This document shows, in pieces, positions 20,788 through 30,418 of a stretch of DNA of 64,000 nt. This stretch comes from a virus. Below the pieces are notes generated by a model. The model did not search any database and was not told the DNA's origin. It worked only from the letters and a program-made list of their open reading frames with translations. Position numbers and translations under genes: made by a program. Within the stretch, counting starts at the first letter, position 1. Each line of letters begins with the position of its first letter. Where the stretch lies: positions 1 to 64,000 of IMG/VR virus record IMGVR_UViG_3300031857_011362; one strand, given 5' to 3'.

Positions 20788-21768
20788 ATGGCAGCATTAA
20801 CGTTCCCCTCACCAACGCAACTGAAGAATATATCTGCACCATCGGATGGTGCGGATGCCGCCACAAAGATATATGTAGATAACGCATTAGCTAGTGGTAG
20901 TGCAGTTGCAGCCGCGGCCGGTAGTAATAACTATATTCAATTTAACAGCAATGGTGTACTAGGGGCAAATAGTAACTTCACGTTTGATAGTACTACAAGT
21001 CTATTAACACTTACTGGTGATGGTATAATTACTGGTAATTTAAATGTTGGTGGTAATGTACAGTATGTTAACGTAACTAATTTATATGTAAAAGATGCAT
21101 TAATTGAGCAAGGTGGCGGAGCTAATAATGCTTTACTGTCTGCTAATGATGGAAAAGATAGGGGAACATTACTTCACTATTATACCACTGTTCCTGTAGA
21201 TGCTTTCATGGGCTGGCAAACAGCTAACAGTGAGTTTGTGTTTGCAAGTAATGCTAGTGCTAGTAATAATTTAGTTACAGTAAACAGTTTAGGTAATGTA
21301 CGAGCAAATTACTTTATCGGTAATGGTAGTTCTATAACCGGTGTTTCAGCCTCAAGTGCAACAACGGCAGTAACAGTAACCGGTAACGCTCAACCTAACA
21401 TCACCAGTCTTGGAACATTAGCTAACTTAACCGTTGCCGGCCCGGTTAATCTAGGTAATATAGGTAATATCACAATTACTGGTGGCAGTAACGGACAAGT
21501 TATAACTACAAATGGTAGTGGTGTATTAACTTTCAATACTCCCGTAGTTCCTGCATTGTCAGCTACAGTAGACGAATTTACAGGTAACGGCATACAAACT
21601 AGTTTTACCTTATCAGTTATTCCTACCGGAAAGAACTATACTTTTGCAGTAATACAGGGTATTATGCAACCAAAAAGTTCATATTCAGTAACAGGAGCCG
21701 TGTTGACATTTAGTTCTGCACCCCCGGATACTGCGTTAATAGAAATTACAACAATGGGGGTCAATTAA
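20788..21768 (+). CDS. Virion structural protein
   Basis: Contains DAATKIYVD, the DRGTLLHYY module and a C-terminal FTGNG..FTLS..FSSAPP module. Confidence 0.7.
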   Translation: MAALTFPSPTQLKNISAPSDGADAATKIYVDNALASGSAVAAAAGSNNYIQFNSNGVLGANSNFTFDSTTSLLTLTGDGIITGNLNVGGNVQYVNVTNLYVKDALIEQGGGANNALLSANDGKDRGTLLHYYTTVPVDAFMGWQTANSEFVFASNASASNNLVTVNSLGNVRANYFIGNGSSITGVSASSATTAVTVTGNAQPNITSLGTLANLTVAGPVNLGNIGNITITGGSNGQVITTNGSGVLTFNTPVVPALSATVDEFTGNGIQTSFTLSVIPTGKNYTFAVIQGIMQPKSSYSVTGAVLTFSSAPPDTALIEITTMGVN

Positions 21769-21908
21769 TATGGATATTGGACCCGTAATGGTAATAACAA
21801 GTGGATCCTATCCTGCAGTTATTACTTACCGTAGAATATCTAGAAGTTGTGTATTTTATAAGTAGACTAGCTATATTATTGAGTGTAGACTACTAATATC
21901 ACGTAAAA

Positions 21909-21916
21909 GATAAATA
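21909..21916 (+). promoter_or_regulatory. Late promoter-like GATAAATA
   Basis: Intergenic, upstream of a GAGGA SD and 21939. Confidence 0.5.
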
Positions 21917-21938
21917 TAATATAGAAAGAGGAATCACC

Positions 21939-24900
21939 ATGGCAATTTTAAAAATTAAACCATTCAGTATTGATACTGCTGAACGTTTCACGTTTGCTAA
22001 CGCAAATATTACCGGTAATATAGAATCGGGTAATGCAAATCTAGGTAATTTAGCAATAGCTAATTTCTTTAGCGGTAACGGTAGCGCACTGACTTCAATA
22101 GTCGGTGCTAACGTCTCCGGTCAAGTAGGCAATGCATTAGTAGCTAGCACAGTTTATACTGCGGCTCAACCAATTATTACAAGTGTTGGTACGTTAACTA
22201 GTTTAACTGTATCAGGTAACAGTGATCTTGGTTCAGTTGCGAATGTTAAAATTAGTGGTGGTTCTAACGGGTATGTACTAAAGACTGATGGTTCTGGTAA
22301 TTTGTCATGGATAGCCGCTTCGACTGGTAATGCAAATGTTGGTGGTAGTAATTCTCAAGTTCAGTTTAATAACGGTACTAATCTAGCAGGAAGTGCGAAT
22401 CTAACATTTGACACAACAACAAACACGTTGTCTGCTACTAATTTCGTTGGTAACGGTAGTGGATTAACTGGTATTGTCGCTTCAAGCGGCACTGCAACTA
22501 AAACAGCAAACGGTACAAGTAACGTAGACATAGCAACTGCTAGTGGTAATATTACAATGGGTGTTGGTGGTACAGCCGGCGTAGTAACAATTACAACAAC
22601 AGGTATCAATGCTAATGGATACATTACTGCATCAGGTAACATAACTGGTAGTTATATTCTTGGTAATGGTAGTTCATTATCTAGCATCACTGGTGCTAAC
22701 GTAACAGGTGCAGTAGCATATGCTACCACTGCTAATAGTGTCGCCGGCGCTAACGTATCTGGTGCTGTTAATTTAGCAACATTTGCAGGTACCGCTAATA
22801 GTGTCGCCGGCGCTAACGTATCTGGTGCTGTTAATTTAGCAACATTTGCAGGTACTGCAAATGCAGTAGCTGGTGCTAATGTATCTGGTGCTGTTGCATA
22901 TGCTACTACTGCTAATAGTGTAGCAGGGGCTAATGTATCTGGTCAAGTCGCTAATGCACTAGTTGCAGGTACAGTTTATACTGCGGCTCAACCAATTATT
23001 ACAAGTGTTGGTACACTAACAAGTGTAGCTGTAACAGGTAATTTAACTGCCGGTAACGCTAATATATCCGGTACGTTAACTGTTGGTACAATTACAACAG
23101 CAGCCGGTGGTAGTGGTAACATCAGTGGTGTTGATGTTATTTCTGCAAATTTCTTTAGCGGTTCAGGTAATTTATTAAGCAATATTCAAGGTGCTAACGT
23201 AACAGGTGCTGTTGGTTTAGCAACATTTGCAGGTACTGCAAATGCAGTAGCTGGTGCTAACGTATCTGGTGCTGTCGCATATGCTACTACTGCTAATAGT
23301 GTAGTCGGTGCTAACGTCTCCGGTCAAGTAGGCAATGCATTAGTAGCTAGCACAGTTTATACTAATGCACAACCAAACATTACTAGTGTTGGTACATTAA
23401 CAAGTTTAAGTGTTACCGGCGATATTGGTGCAGCCAATCTAACATTAACTGGCAATTTAATTATCAGTGGAACCACAACTTCAGTTAACTCAACAGTTAC
23501 ACGTGTAGTTGATCCGTTGTTTGAATTGGGCGGCGGCGCAAATGGCGCAGCTCTTTTAGCAGACGATAACAAAGACCGTGGTTTATTGTTACACTATTAT
23601 AGTGGATCATCTACCGTTGATGCATTTATGGGTTGGGACGACAGCAACGGTGAATTTGGTGTTGGTAGCAATGTAACCGTAACTAATGAAGTTGTTACAT
23701 TTAATAGTTATGGTAATATTCGTGCTAATGTATATTTTGGTAATGGTAGTCAGTTAACTGGAGTAACTGCAACCGAACTTGGAACATTTGCAAACGCCGG
23801 ATTAACTACAGATGAATTATATCTACAAGCCACAACACGACTAAATGTAACCGCTAGTGGCACATCTGGATATTTATTTGACCAATATGGTGCTACAGTC
23901 AATCCTACAATATATGTTACTAGTGGTCAAACAATAGCATTTAATTTGAATGTATCTGGTCATCCATTTTTAATACAAACGGGTGCTGGATCAAACTACG
24001 ACACTGGCTTAGAACACGTTGATACTACGGGAACAGTATTAACTACTAGTTCAGCACAGGGAAAAGTAGCAGGAACACTATACTGGAAAGTTCCATATGG
24101 CATAACAGGTACTTACAAATATCAATGTTCTGCACATGGCGGGATGAATGGCAATATTATTGTAACTGATGCTAATATTGCAAACATAACCGTTGGTTTA
24201 GCAACATTCGCAACCACAGCAAATGCAGTAGCGGGGGCTAATGTCTCTGGTGCTGTGTCTTTTGCAACAACAGCAAATGCTGTAGCACTTGCAAATGTAT
24301 CAGGTGCCGGAAATATTGCATCTATCAATATCAGTGGAAATGCATCAGAAATATTATATGGTAATGGTGTATTTGCTACCGCTCCAGTAACATATAGTAA
24401 TAGTAATGTAGCAACATTCTTAGCAAGTTTTGGAAATAATAATATCTCTACTACAGGTAATGTAGCATTTAGTGGTGCTAACATAACTTTAGGATCGGTT
24501 TCTAACTTACACATTAGTGGCGGTAGTGCTAATTATGTATTAAAAACAGATGGTACAGGTAATTTAAGCTGGACAGCATTAACAACTACTACGCTAGTTG
24601 TAGATAGATTTACCGGTGACGGTACATGGACAATGCAAACATTATCTGCTACACCCCTTAGTGTAGACTATACGATTGTAGCTATTGGTGGTGTATTGCA
24701 ACCAAGAAACACATACAGTGTATTGGTGGCAGTTATTACATTCAGCGAAGCTCCTCCAGTTGGAGCAGTAGTTGAGATTACAACTGTTACCGGTGGAACC
24801 GGAGGTGGAGGTGGTAGCGGATCAGCACTTACTATACAAGATGAAGGATCAAATTTAACTACTACTGCGTCACTTATTAATTTTGTAGGTAATGGAATAT

Positions 24901-25244
24901 CATCTACAAACGTAGGAAATAGTGTTACTGTTACAGTAAATGGTGGTGCAAGCTGGACATATTCAGCAATTAGTGCAAACACATCAATGGTTCCGTCATA
25001 TAAGTATATTGTAGATACATCAACTGCTAACTTGACATTGACATTACCTGCTTCAGGTACGTTGGGCGATGAAATTTCTATTATTGATGGAACTGGCAAT
25101 GCAAGCACACATGCTATTACTGTAGCTAGAAATGGTGGTAATATTCAAGGTACTGCAAGCGATATGACAGTTACGACTGACAGAGCCGCATTTACTTTAG
25201 CGTATTATAATAGTACACAAGGTTGGTTGTTAACTAACGTTTAA
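21939..25244 (+). CDS. Fibre/baseplate-like protein with a cupredoxin-like domain
   Basis: 21-aa ANVSG repeats; GHPF...CSAHGGM; C-terminal TLTLPASGTLGDEISIID..RNG..GW domain seen in T4-like baseplate/fibre proteins. Confidence 0.75.
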   Translation: MAILKIKPFSIDTAERFTFANANITGNIESGNANLGNLAIANFFSGNGSALTSIVGANVSGQVGNALVASTVYTAAQPIITSVGTLTSLTVSGNSDLGSVANVKISGGSNGYVLKTDGSGNLSWIAASTGNANVGGSNSQVQFNNGTNLAGSANLTFDTTTNTLSATNFVGNGSGLTGIVASSGTATKTANGTSNVDIATASGNITMGVGGTAGVVTITTTGINANGYITASGNITGSYILGNGSSLSSITGANVTGAVAYATTANSVAGANVSGAVNLATFAGTANSVAGANVSGAVNLATFAGTANAVAGANVSGAVAYATTANSVAGANVSGQVANALVAGTVYTAAQPIITSVGTLTSVAVTGNLTAGNANISGTLTVGTITTAAGGSGNISGVDVISANFFSGSGNLLSNIQGANVTGAVGLATFAGTANAVAGANVSGAVAYATTANSVVGANVSGQVGNALVASTVYTNAQPNITSVGTLTSLSVTGDIGAANLTLTGNLIISGTTTSVNSTVTRVVDPLFELGGGANGAALLADDNKDRGLLLHYYSGSSTVDAFMGWDDSNGEFGVGSNVTVTNEVVTFNSYGNIRANVYFGNGSQLTGVTATELGTFANAGLTTDELYLQATTRLNVTASGTSGYLFDQYGATVNPTIYVTSGQTIAFNLNVSGHPFLIQTGAGSNYDTGLEHVDTTGTVLTTSSAQGKVAGTLYWKVPYGITGTYKYQCSAHGGMNGNIIVTDANIANITVGLATFATTANAVAGANVSGAVSFATTANAVALANVSGAGNIASINISGNASEILYGNGVFATAPVTYSNSNVATFLASFGNNNISTTGNVAFSGANITLGSVSNLHISGGSANYVLKTDGTGNLSWTALTTTTLVVDRFTGDGTWTMQTLSATPLSVDYTIVAIGGVLQPRNTYSVLVAVITFSEAPPVGAVVEITTVTGGTGGGGGSGSALTIQDEGSNLTTTASLINFVGNGISSTNVGNSVTVTVNGGASWTYSAISANTSMVPSYKYIVDTSTANLTLTLPASGTLGDEISIIDGTGNASTHAITVARNGGNIQGTASDMTVTTDRAAFTLAYYNSTQGWLLTNV
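22731..22855 (+). repeat. Tandem 63-bp repeat (62 nt exact), with degenerate neighbours
   Basis: ANSVAGANVSGAVNLATFAGT unit at 22731 and 22794; further degenerate units around 22860-22960 and 23180-23350. Confidence 0.9.
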
Positions 25245-25259
25245 CCGAAAGTTAATATC

Positions 25260-27620
25260 ATGGCAAATTATAATTCATTAAAAAACGCGGGAATAGCAAA
25301 ACCTACAGGAAACATAAGTTTGGGTTCGGATTCTAGTAGATACACAGATATCTTTCTGAGCGGTAATGTTAATATTGCTGGTACTAGCTTGACCAGTACC
25401 AATGCTATTGCACCTAGAATAGCATCTATTGCTTATTTAGGTAATGATACAGCAGCCGATATTGCAGGCGGCACAACTGTTACATTAACTGGTAGTGGCT
25501 TTCAATCGGGCGCAGCAGTTTATGTAAGTGGTACTATAGCGTCATTGGTTGTCGTAGTAAGTTCAACTCAACTAACTTTTACTGCACCAGTAAAAGCTGC
25601 AGGAAATTATTCTCTTAGTGTAGTAAATTCAGACGGAGCAACTGCAACATTTATTCCAGGAATACAATATTCAGGTGTTCCAACTTGGTCTACTACTGCC
25701 GGTAGTTTAGCTACAGTATATGAAACATTCGCAATTAGCAACACCTTATCTGCTACTAGTGATAGCACAGTTACATACTCAGTAACATCTGGCTCACTAC
25801 CTGCAGGTGGTTCATTAAATTCATCTACTGGTGCACTAACTGGTACAGCATCTTCGGTTGGTTCTTCTACCACGTATAATTTCACAGTACGTGCAAGTGA
25901 TGGTGAAAATCAAGACACCGATAGAAATTTCAGTTATACAATCAATCCAGACGTAGTAACTTGGTCATCACCTGCAGCAGGTGCAACATTAACCGCTCAA
26001 ACAGGAATTGCATATACCCAAGCATTGAGCGCAACTAGTGCCGCAGGAAAATCTATCACATATTCAGCAAATGCATTGCCCGCTGGGCTAAGTATCAGTG
26101 GTTCAAGTATTACCGGAACGCCAAGTGCGGCGTCTTCTATTGCATCATTAATAACTGCAACGGCTGCAACCACAAATAAAACTGCAACTAGGACATTTAA
26201 TTGGAATATTCCTCTTGCACCTACTTATACCCTAACACCGGCATCTTCAAGTGTTAATGAAGGTTCAGCGTTGACATTTAATGTTGGTGGAACAAATATT
26301 ACCAATGGAACATATTACTGGTCGATTAATAATATCTCAACTGCGGCTGGTGATTTTTCAGCCAGTACTGGTTCATTTACAATAACTTCTAATGCCGGAT
26401 CATTTACAGTAACACCAACAGCCGATACAACAACTGAAGGAGTTCAAGCATTTACGGTGTCATTGAGAACTGGTAGTACTAGTGGTACCATAGTTGCCAC
26501 AAGTAGTACAGTAACAATTAATGATACTAGTGTGTCTCCGATTAATATTCTTTACTCTTGGGGATTTAATGAATATGGCCAGCAAGGCGTAGGTGATACT
26601 ACAAATAGATCTAGTCCAGTGCAGATTAGCAACACTACTACTTGGTCACAAATTTCTGCAGGTAATCTTAGTGGTCTGGCCATCAAAACAGATGGCACTA
26701 TGTGGTCATGGGGATATAATGGCAACGGCACCCTGGGTTTAGGTGACACTCTTCACCGATCCAGCCGAGTACAAATTGGAGCAGGTACTACATGGTCAAA
26801 AATTTCTGCAAATGGGGCTAGTAGCCTGGCCATCAAAACAGATGGTACGTTGTGGGCATGGGGCAAAAATGATAAAGGTCAACTAGGACAAGGTGATACC
26901 ACAAATAGATCCAGCCCAGTACAGATTGGTACACTAACTAATTGGTTAAGTATTTCTGCAGGTTATTATAGCTCTAGGGCCATCAAAACAGATGGTACGT
27001 TGTGGGCATGGGGTCGCGGCGACTTTGGGACGTTGGGTTTAGGAAATACTACAAATATATCCAGCCCAGTACAAATTGGTGCACTAACTAATTGGTCAAG
27101 CATTGCCATTGGCAATTATCACAACGTGGCCATCAAAACAGATGGTACGTTGTGGGCATGGGGACTTAATTCTTTTGGTGGCGCCGCATTACTTGGTTTA
27201 GGTAACGATACTATAAGTAGGTCTAGCCCAACACAGGTTGGGGCATTAACCAATTGGTCAACGCTTCCTGAAAATCTGAAAGGCACACACTGCGTGGCCA
27301 TCAAAACTGATGGTACGATGTGGTCATGGGGATATAATAACAATGGTCGATTGGGCCGAGATGGTACAGGTTCAAGTCCTCTGCAAATTGGTGAATTAAC
27401 TAATTGGTTAAATATTGCTGCAGGTTATGATTTCAACATTGCAGTCAAAACAGATGGTACCATATGGTCTTGGGGGCATAATAACCATGGTCAATTAGGT
27501 GTCACCACAGCCCTGCTTGCAGGCGAGCTTCGCCTGAATTATCCGGCACAAATTGGCGCATCAAACACTTGGTTAAGAGCTGCTGCTGGGCGCCAATTCG
27601 CATTAGCCGGGACAAGTTAA
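25260..27620 (+). CDS. IPT/Ig/Calx-beta-like stalk plus 7-blade RCC1 beta-propeller protein
   Basis: Seven WxWG..G.LG / KTDGT repeats preceded by Ig-like modules. Confidence 0.85.
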   Translation: MANYNSLKNAGIAKPTGNISLGSDSSRYTDIFLSGNVNIAGTSLTSTNAIAPRIASIAYLGNDTAADIAGGTTVTLTGSGFQSGAAVYVSGTIASLVVVVSSTQLTFTAPVKAAGNYSLSVVNSDGATATFIPGIQYSGVPTWSTTAGSLATVYETFAISNTLSATSDSTVTYSVTSGSLPAGGSLNSSTGALTGTASSVGSSTTYNFTVRASDGENQDTDRNFSYTINPDVVTWSSPAAGATLTAQTGIAYTQALSATSAAGKSITYSANALPAGLSISGSSITGTPSAASSIASLITATAATTNKTATRTFNWNIPLAPTYTLTPASSSVNEGSALTFNVGGTNITNGTYYWSINNISTAAGDFSASTGSFTITSNAGSFTVTPTADTTTEGVQAFTVSLRTGSTSGTIVATSSTVTINDTSVSPINILYSWGFNEYGQQGVGDTTNRSSPVQISNTTTWSQISAGNLSGLAIKTDGTMWSWGYNGNGTLGLGDTLHRSSRVQIGAGTTWSKISANGASSLAIKTDGTLWAWGKNDKGQLGQGDTTNRSSPVQIGTLTNWLSISAGYYSSRAIKTDGTLWAWGRGDFGTLGLGNTTNISSPVQIGALTNWSSIAIGNYHNVAIKTDGTLWAWGLNSFGGAALLGLGNDTISRSSPTQVGALTNWSTLPENLKGTHCVAIKTDGTMWSWGYNNNGRLGRDGTGSSPLQIGELTNWLNIAAGYDFNIAVKTDGTIWSWGHNNHGQLGVTTALLAGELRLNYPAQIGASNTWLRAAAGRQFALAGTS

Positions 27621-27632
27621 AAAATTAATAAA

Positions 27633-27845
27633 ATGAAATTTATAGGAATAACTATATTCGGCGGAGTCAACATTACATCTCCTCCTCCACCGCTTGGTAA
27701 TAAAGCTATATTTGGATATGGAAATAATGGATCAATAACATCAATAACTAACCTAGTATCAAACACCGGTGTTGTTTCTAGTAATATAACAGGGGTTGGT
27801 ACTGTAATGCGAATGCTCGCAGCCGCAGGATATTCATCAACTTAA
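27633..27845 (+). CDS. 70-aa protein with one KAIFGYG..TNLVSNTG..LAAAGY unit (possibly a collapsed repeat gene)
   Basis: The same unit occurs in 42277. Confidence 0.55.
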   Translation: MKFIGITIFGGVNITSPPPPLGNKAIFGYGNNGSITSITNLVSNTGVVSSNITGVGTVMRMLAAAGYSST

Positions 27846-27898
27846 CAATTTTATTAGATATACTTTGGAATTGCCTTAACGGGATGAATAGGTAATTT

Positions 27899-27906
27899 GA
27901 TAAATA
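27899..27906 (+). promoter_or_regulatory. Late promoter-like GATAAATA, 4 nt before ATG
   Basis: TAAATA-CAGT-ATG with no SD upstream. Confidence 0.6.
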
Positions 27907-27910
27907 CAGT

Positions 27911-30418
27911 ATGGCACTAGAAAAAATAAGACCCAGAGTAGTAGATGCAACCGGTAATTACACCTTCAATAATGTAACTCTTACCGGTAACATTTCCTCA
28001 CCTACAGCAAACATAGGAAATGTTACCGGTGTAGACAATATAGTAGCTAGTAGTAGTAGTATTACAGTTACTGGTAGCTTATCAACAACTGCAAATATTA
28101 CTGCTGGTAACATAAAAACAAACAATTTACTGTATGCAAACGGTAGTCCATGGCAAATCGGAACTACAACTACAGTATCGGGCAGTAATTCACAAGTTCA
28201 GTTTAATGACTCTAGTAGCTTTGGCGCTAGCGCAAACTTTACATTTGATAAAACATCTAATACTCTTACTGTTACTAACTTAGTAACAAATGGTTCTGGA
28301 ATAACTAATATAACTGGTAGTAGTGTAACTGGACAAGTACCTAACGCACTAATAGCAGCTACTGTTTATACTAACAGTCAACCTAATATTACAAGTGTTG
28401 GTACACTATCTAGTTTAACTGTAACAGGTAGTATCAATAGTGGTAATGCTGACTTAGGCAATACTGCTACAGCTAATTACTTTGTTGGTAGTGGTAATAA
28501 TTTAAGTAATATTCAAGGTTCAAATATTACTGGTGCAGTATCGTATGCCACCACTGCTAATAGCGTATCTGGTTCTAATGTTTCCGGCGCAGTAACCTAT
28601 GCCGCTACAGCTAACGCAGTAGCAGGAGCTAACGTATTAGGTCAAGTTGCTAATAGTATAGTAGCTGGAACAATATATACAGCGGCACAACCAAATATTA
28701 CGTCAGTTGGTACATTAACTAGTTTGGCTGTAACAGGTAATATCACATCTGGTAATGCTAACTTAGGTAACTTAGTTACAGCTAATTTCTTTACTGGTAA
28801 CGGTAGTTTATTAAGTTCATTAACTTTTGGTAATATCACAACTTTCAGTACTGCCGGAATAACTACAGATGAATTATATCTACCTAGTACAACACGACTA
28901 AATGTCACTGCTAGTGGAGCGTCTGGATATTTATTTGACCAATATGGTGCCACATTAAATCCTGCAATATATGTTACTAGTGGTCAAACATTGGCATTTA
29001 ATTTGAATGTATCAGGACATCCATTTTTAATTCAAACAAGTGGTGGTGCAAATTACAGTACTGGCTTAGAACATGTTGATAGTACAGGAACAGTATTAAC
29101 TACTAGTTCAGCACAAGGACAAGTAGCAGGAACATTATATTGGAAAGTTCCATATGGCATAACAGGTAATTACAAATATATATGCTCTATTCATGGTGGG
29201 ATGAATGGCAATATCGTTATAACCGACGCAAATGTTGCGAACATAACTGTTGGATTGGCAACATATGCTACTACAGCTAATGCAGTAGCCGGAGCTAATG
29301 TTTCTGGTCAAGTAGGAAATGCATTAGTAGCTAGCACAGTTTATACTAATGCACAACCAAACATTACTAGTGTTGGTACATTAAGTAACTTAGCGGTTAC
29401 GGGTAATATAAGTGCAGGTAATGTATTAACTAACAACTTACTATATGCTAATGGTGTTGCATGGTCTTTTGGTGGCGGAGCATCTATTAGTAATGGTAAT
29501 AGTAATGTAAATATTGCAACATCAGGTGGCAATATAAACTTTAGTGCAGATGGTACTGCTAATGTAATGACTATTACTGGTACTGGAGCAAACATTAATG
29601 GATATGCAAATATCTCTGGTAATGTAAATGCAGGTAACGCTAACTTAGGTAATTTAGTTACTGCAAATTACTTTACCGGTGACGGTGGATTACTAAGTAA
29701 TATTGCCCCGTCTAGCTCATTAGTCAGTGGGAACAGCAATGTTAAAGTTAGTACAAGCAGTGATATTTCATTCAGTATGAACGGTACATCCAATGTGGTT
29801 GTTCTTACTTCATTGGGTGCAAACATAAACGGTTATGCAAACATCACTGGTAATGTTACTTTTGGTAATTTAATAGTGTCTACATACGCAAACTTAGGAT
29901 CAGTAAGCGGTCTTACTATTACCGGTGGTAGCAACAATTATGTGTTACAGACTAATGGTAATGGTGCACTAAGTTGGGCGCCTCTTGGTGCATTAGTCAC
30001 ATTAGATACTTTTTCAGGTAACGGAGTTCAAACAACCTTCACTCTGTCTACAACACCGGCAACAATAAACCATACAATTATAAATATTAACGGTGTCCAA
30101 CAGTTTAAGAATTCATACAGCTTGACGGGTAACAGCGTAATCTTCTCAGAAGCTCCCCCAAATACAAGCTATATTGAAATCACCACTTTTGCACAGCGTC
30201 CTACTGTAGCAGGTTATATTAATAGAAAATACATCGGAAATGGATCTGCTAATACATACACGGTAACTGCTGGTTGCGGGGAAAATGATGTGTTAGTATT
30301 TCTGAATGGATTATGTCAAATGCCAGTTGATGGATACACAATAAGTGGAAGTAGTTTAACTTTCTCTTTCGCAATCTCAGCTGGTACCGAAATACAGATT
30401 AGAGAGTTACCTAGATGA
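27911..30418 (+). CDS. Fibre/baseplate-like protein with a cupredoxin-like domain
   Basis: GHPF...CSIHGGM; ANVSG repeats; two C-terminal F(S/T)GNG modules. Confidence 0.75.
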   Translation: MALEKIRPRVVDATGNYTFNNVTLTGNISSPTANIGNVTGVDNIVASSSSITVTGSLSTTANITAGNIKTNNLLYANGSPWQIGTTTTVSGSNSQVQFNDSSSFGASANFTFDKTSNTLTVTNLVTNGSGITNITGSSVTGQVPNALIAATVYTNSQPNITSVGTLSSLTVTGSINSGNADLGNTATANYFVGSGNNLSNIQGSNITGAVSYATTANSVSGSNVSGAVTYAATANAVAGANVLGQVANSIVAGTIYTAAQPNITSVGTLTSLAVTGNITSGNANLGNLVTANFFTGNGSLLSSLTFGNITTFSTAGITTDELYLPSTTRLNVTASGASGYLFDQYGATLNPAIYVTSGQTLAFNLNVSGHPFLIQTSGGANYSTGLEHVDSTGTVLTTSSAQGQVAGTLYWKVPYGITGNYKYICSIHGGMNGNIVITDANVANITVGLATYATTANAVAGANVSGQVGNALVASTVYTNAQPNITSVGTLSNLAVTGNISAGNVLTNNLLYANGVAWSFGGGASISNGNSNVNIATSGGNINFSADGTANVMTITGTGANINGYANISGNVNAGNANLGNLVTANYFTGDGGLLSNIAPSSSLVSGNSNVKVSTSSDISFSMNGTSNVVVLTSLGANINGYANITGNVTFGNLIVSTYANLGSVSGLTITGGSNNYVLQTNGNGALSWAPLGALVTLDTFSGNGVQTTFTLSTTPATINHTIININGVQQFKNSYSLTGNSVIFSEAPPNTSYIEITTFAQRPTVAGYINRKYIGNGSANTYTVTAGCGENDVLVFLNGLCQMPVDGYTISGSSLTFSFAISAGTEIQIRELPR

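Noticed and set aside
21770-21865. 31-codon ORF MDIGPVMVITSG... in the intergenic gap
   Set aside because: Too short, no SD, and no match to other genes in the window; could be a remnant but unsupported.
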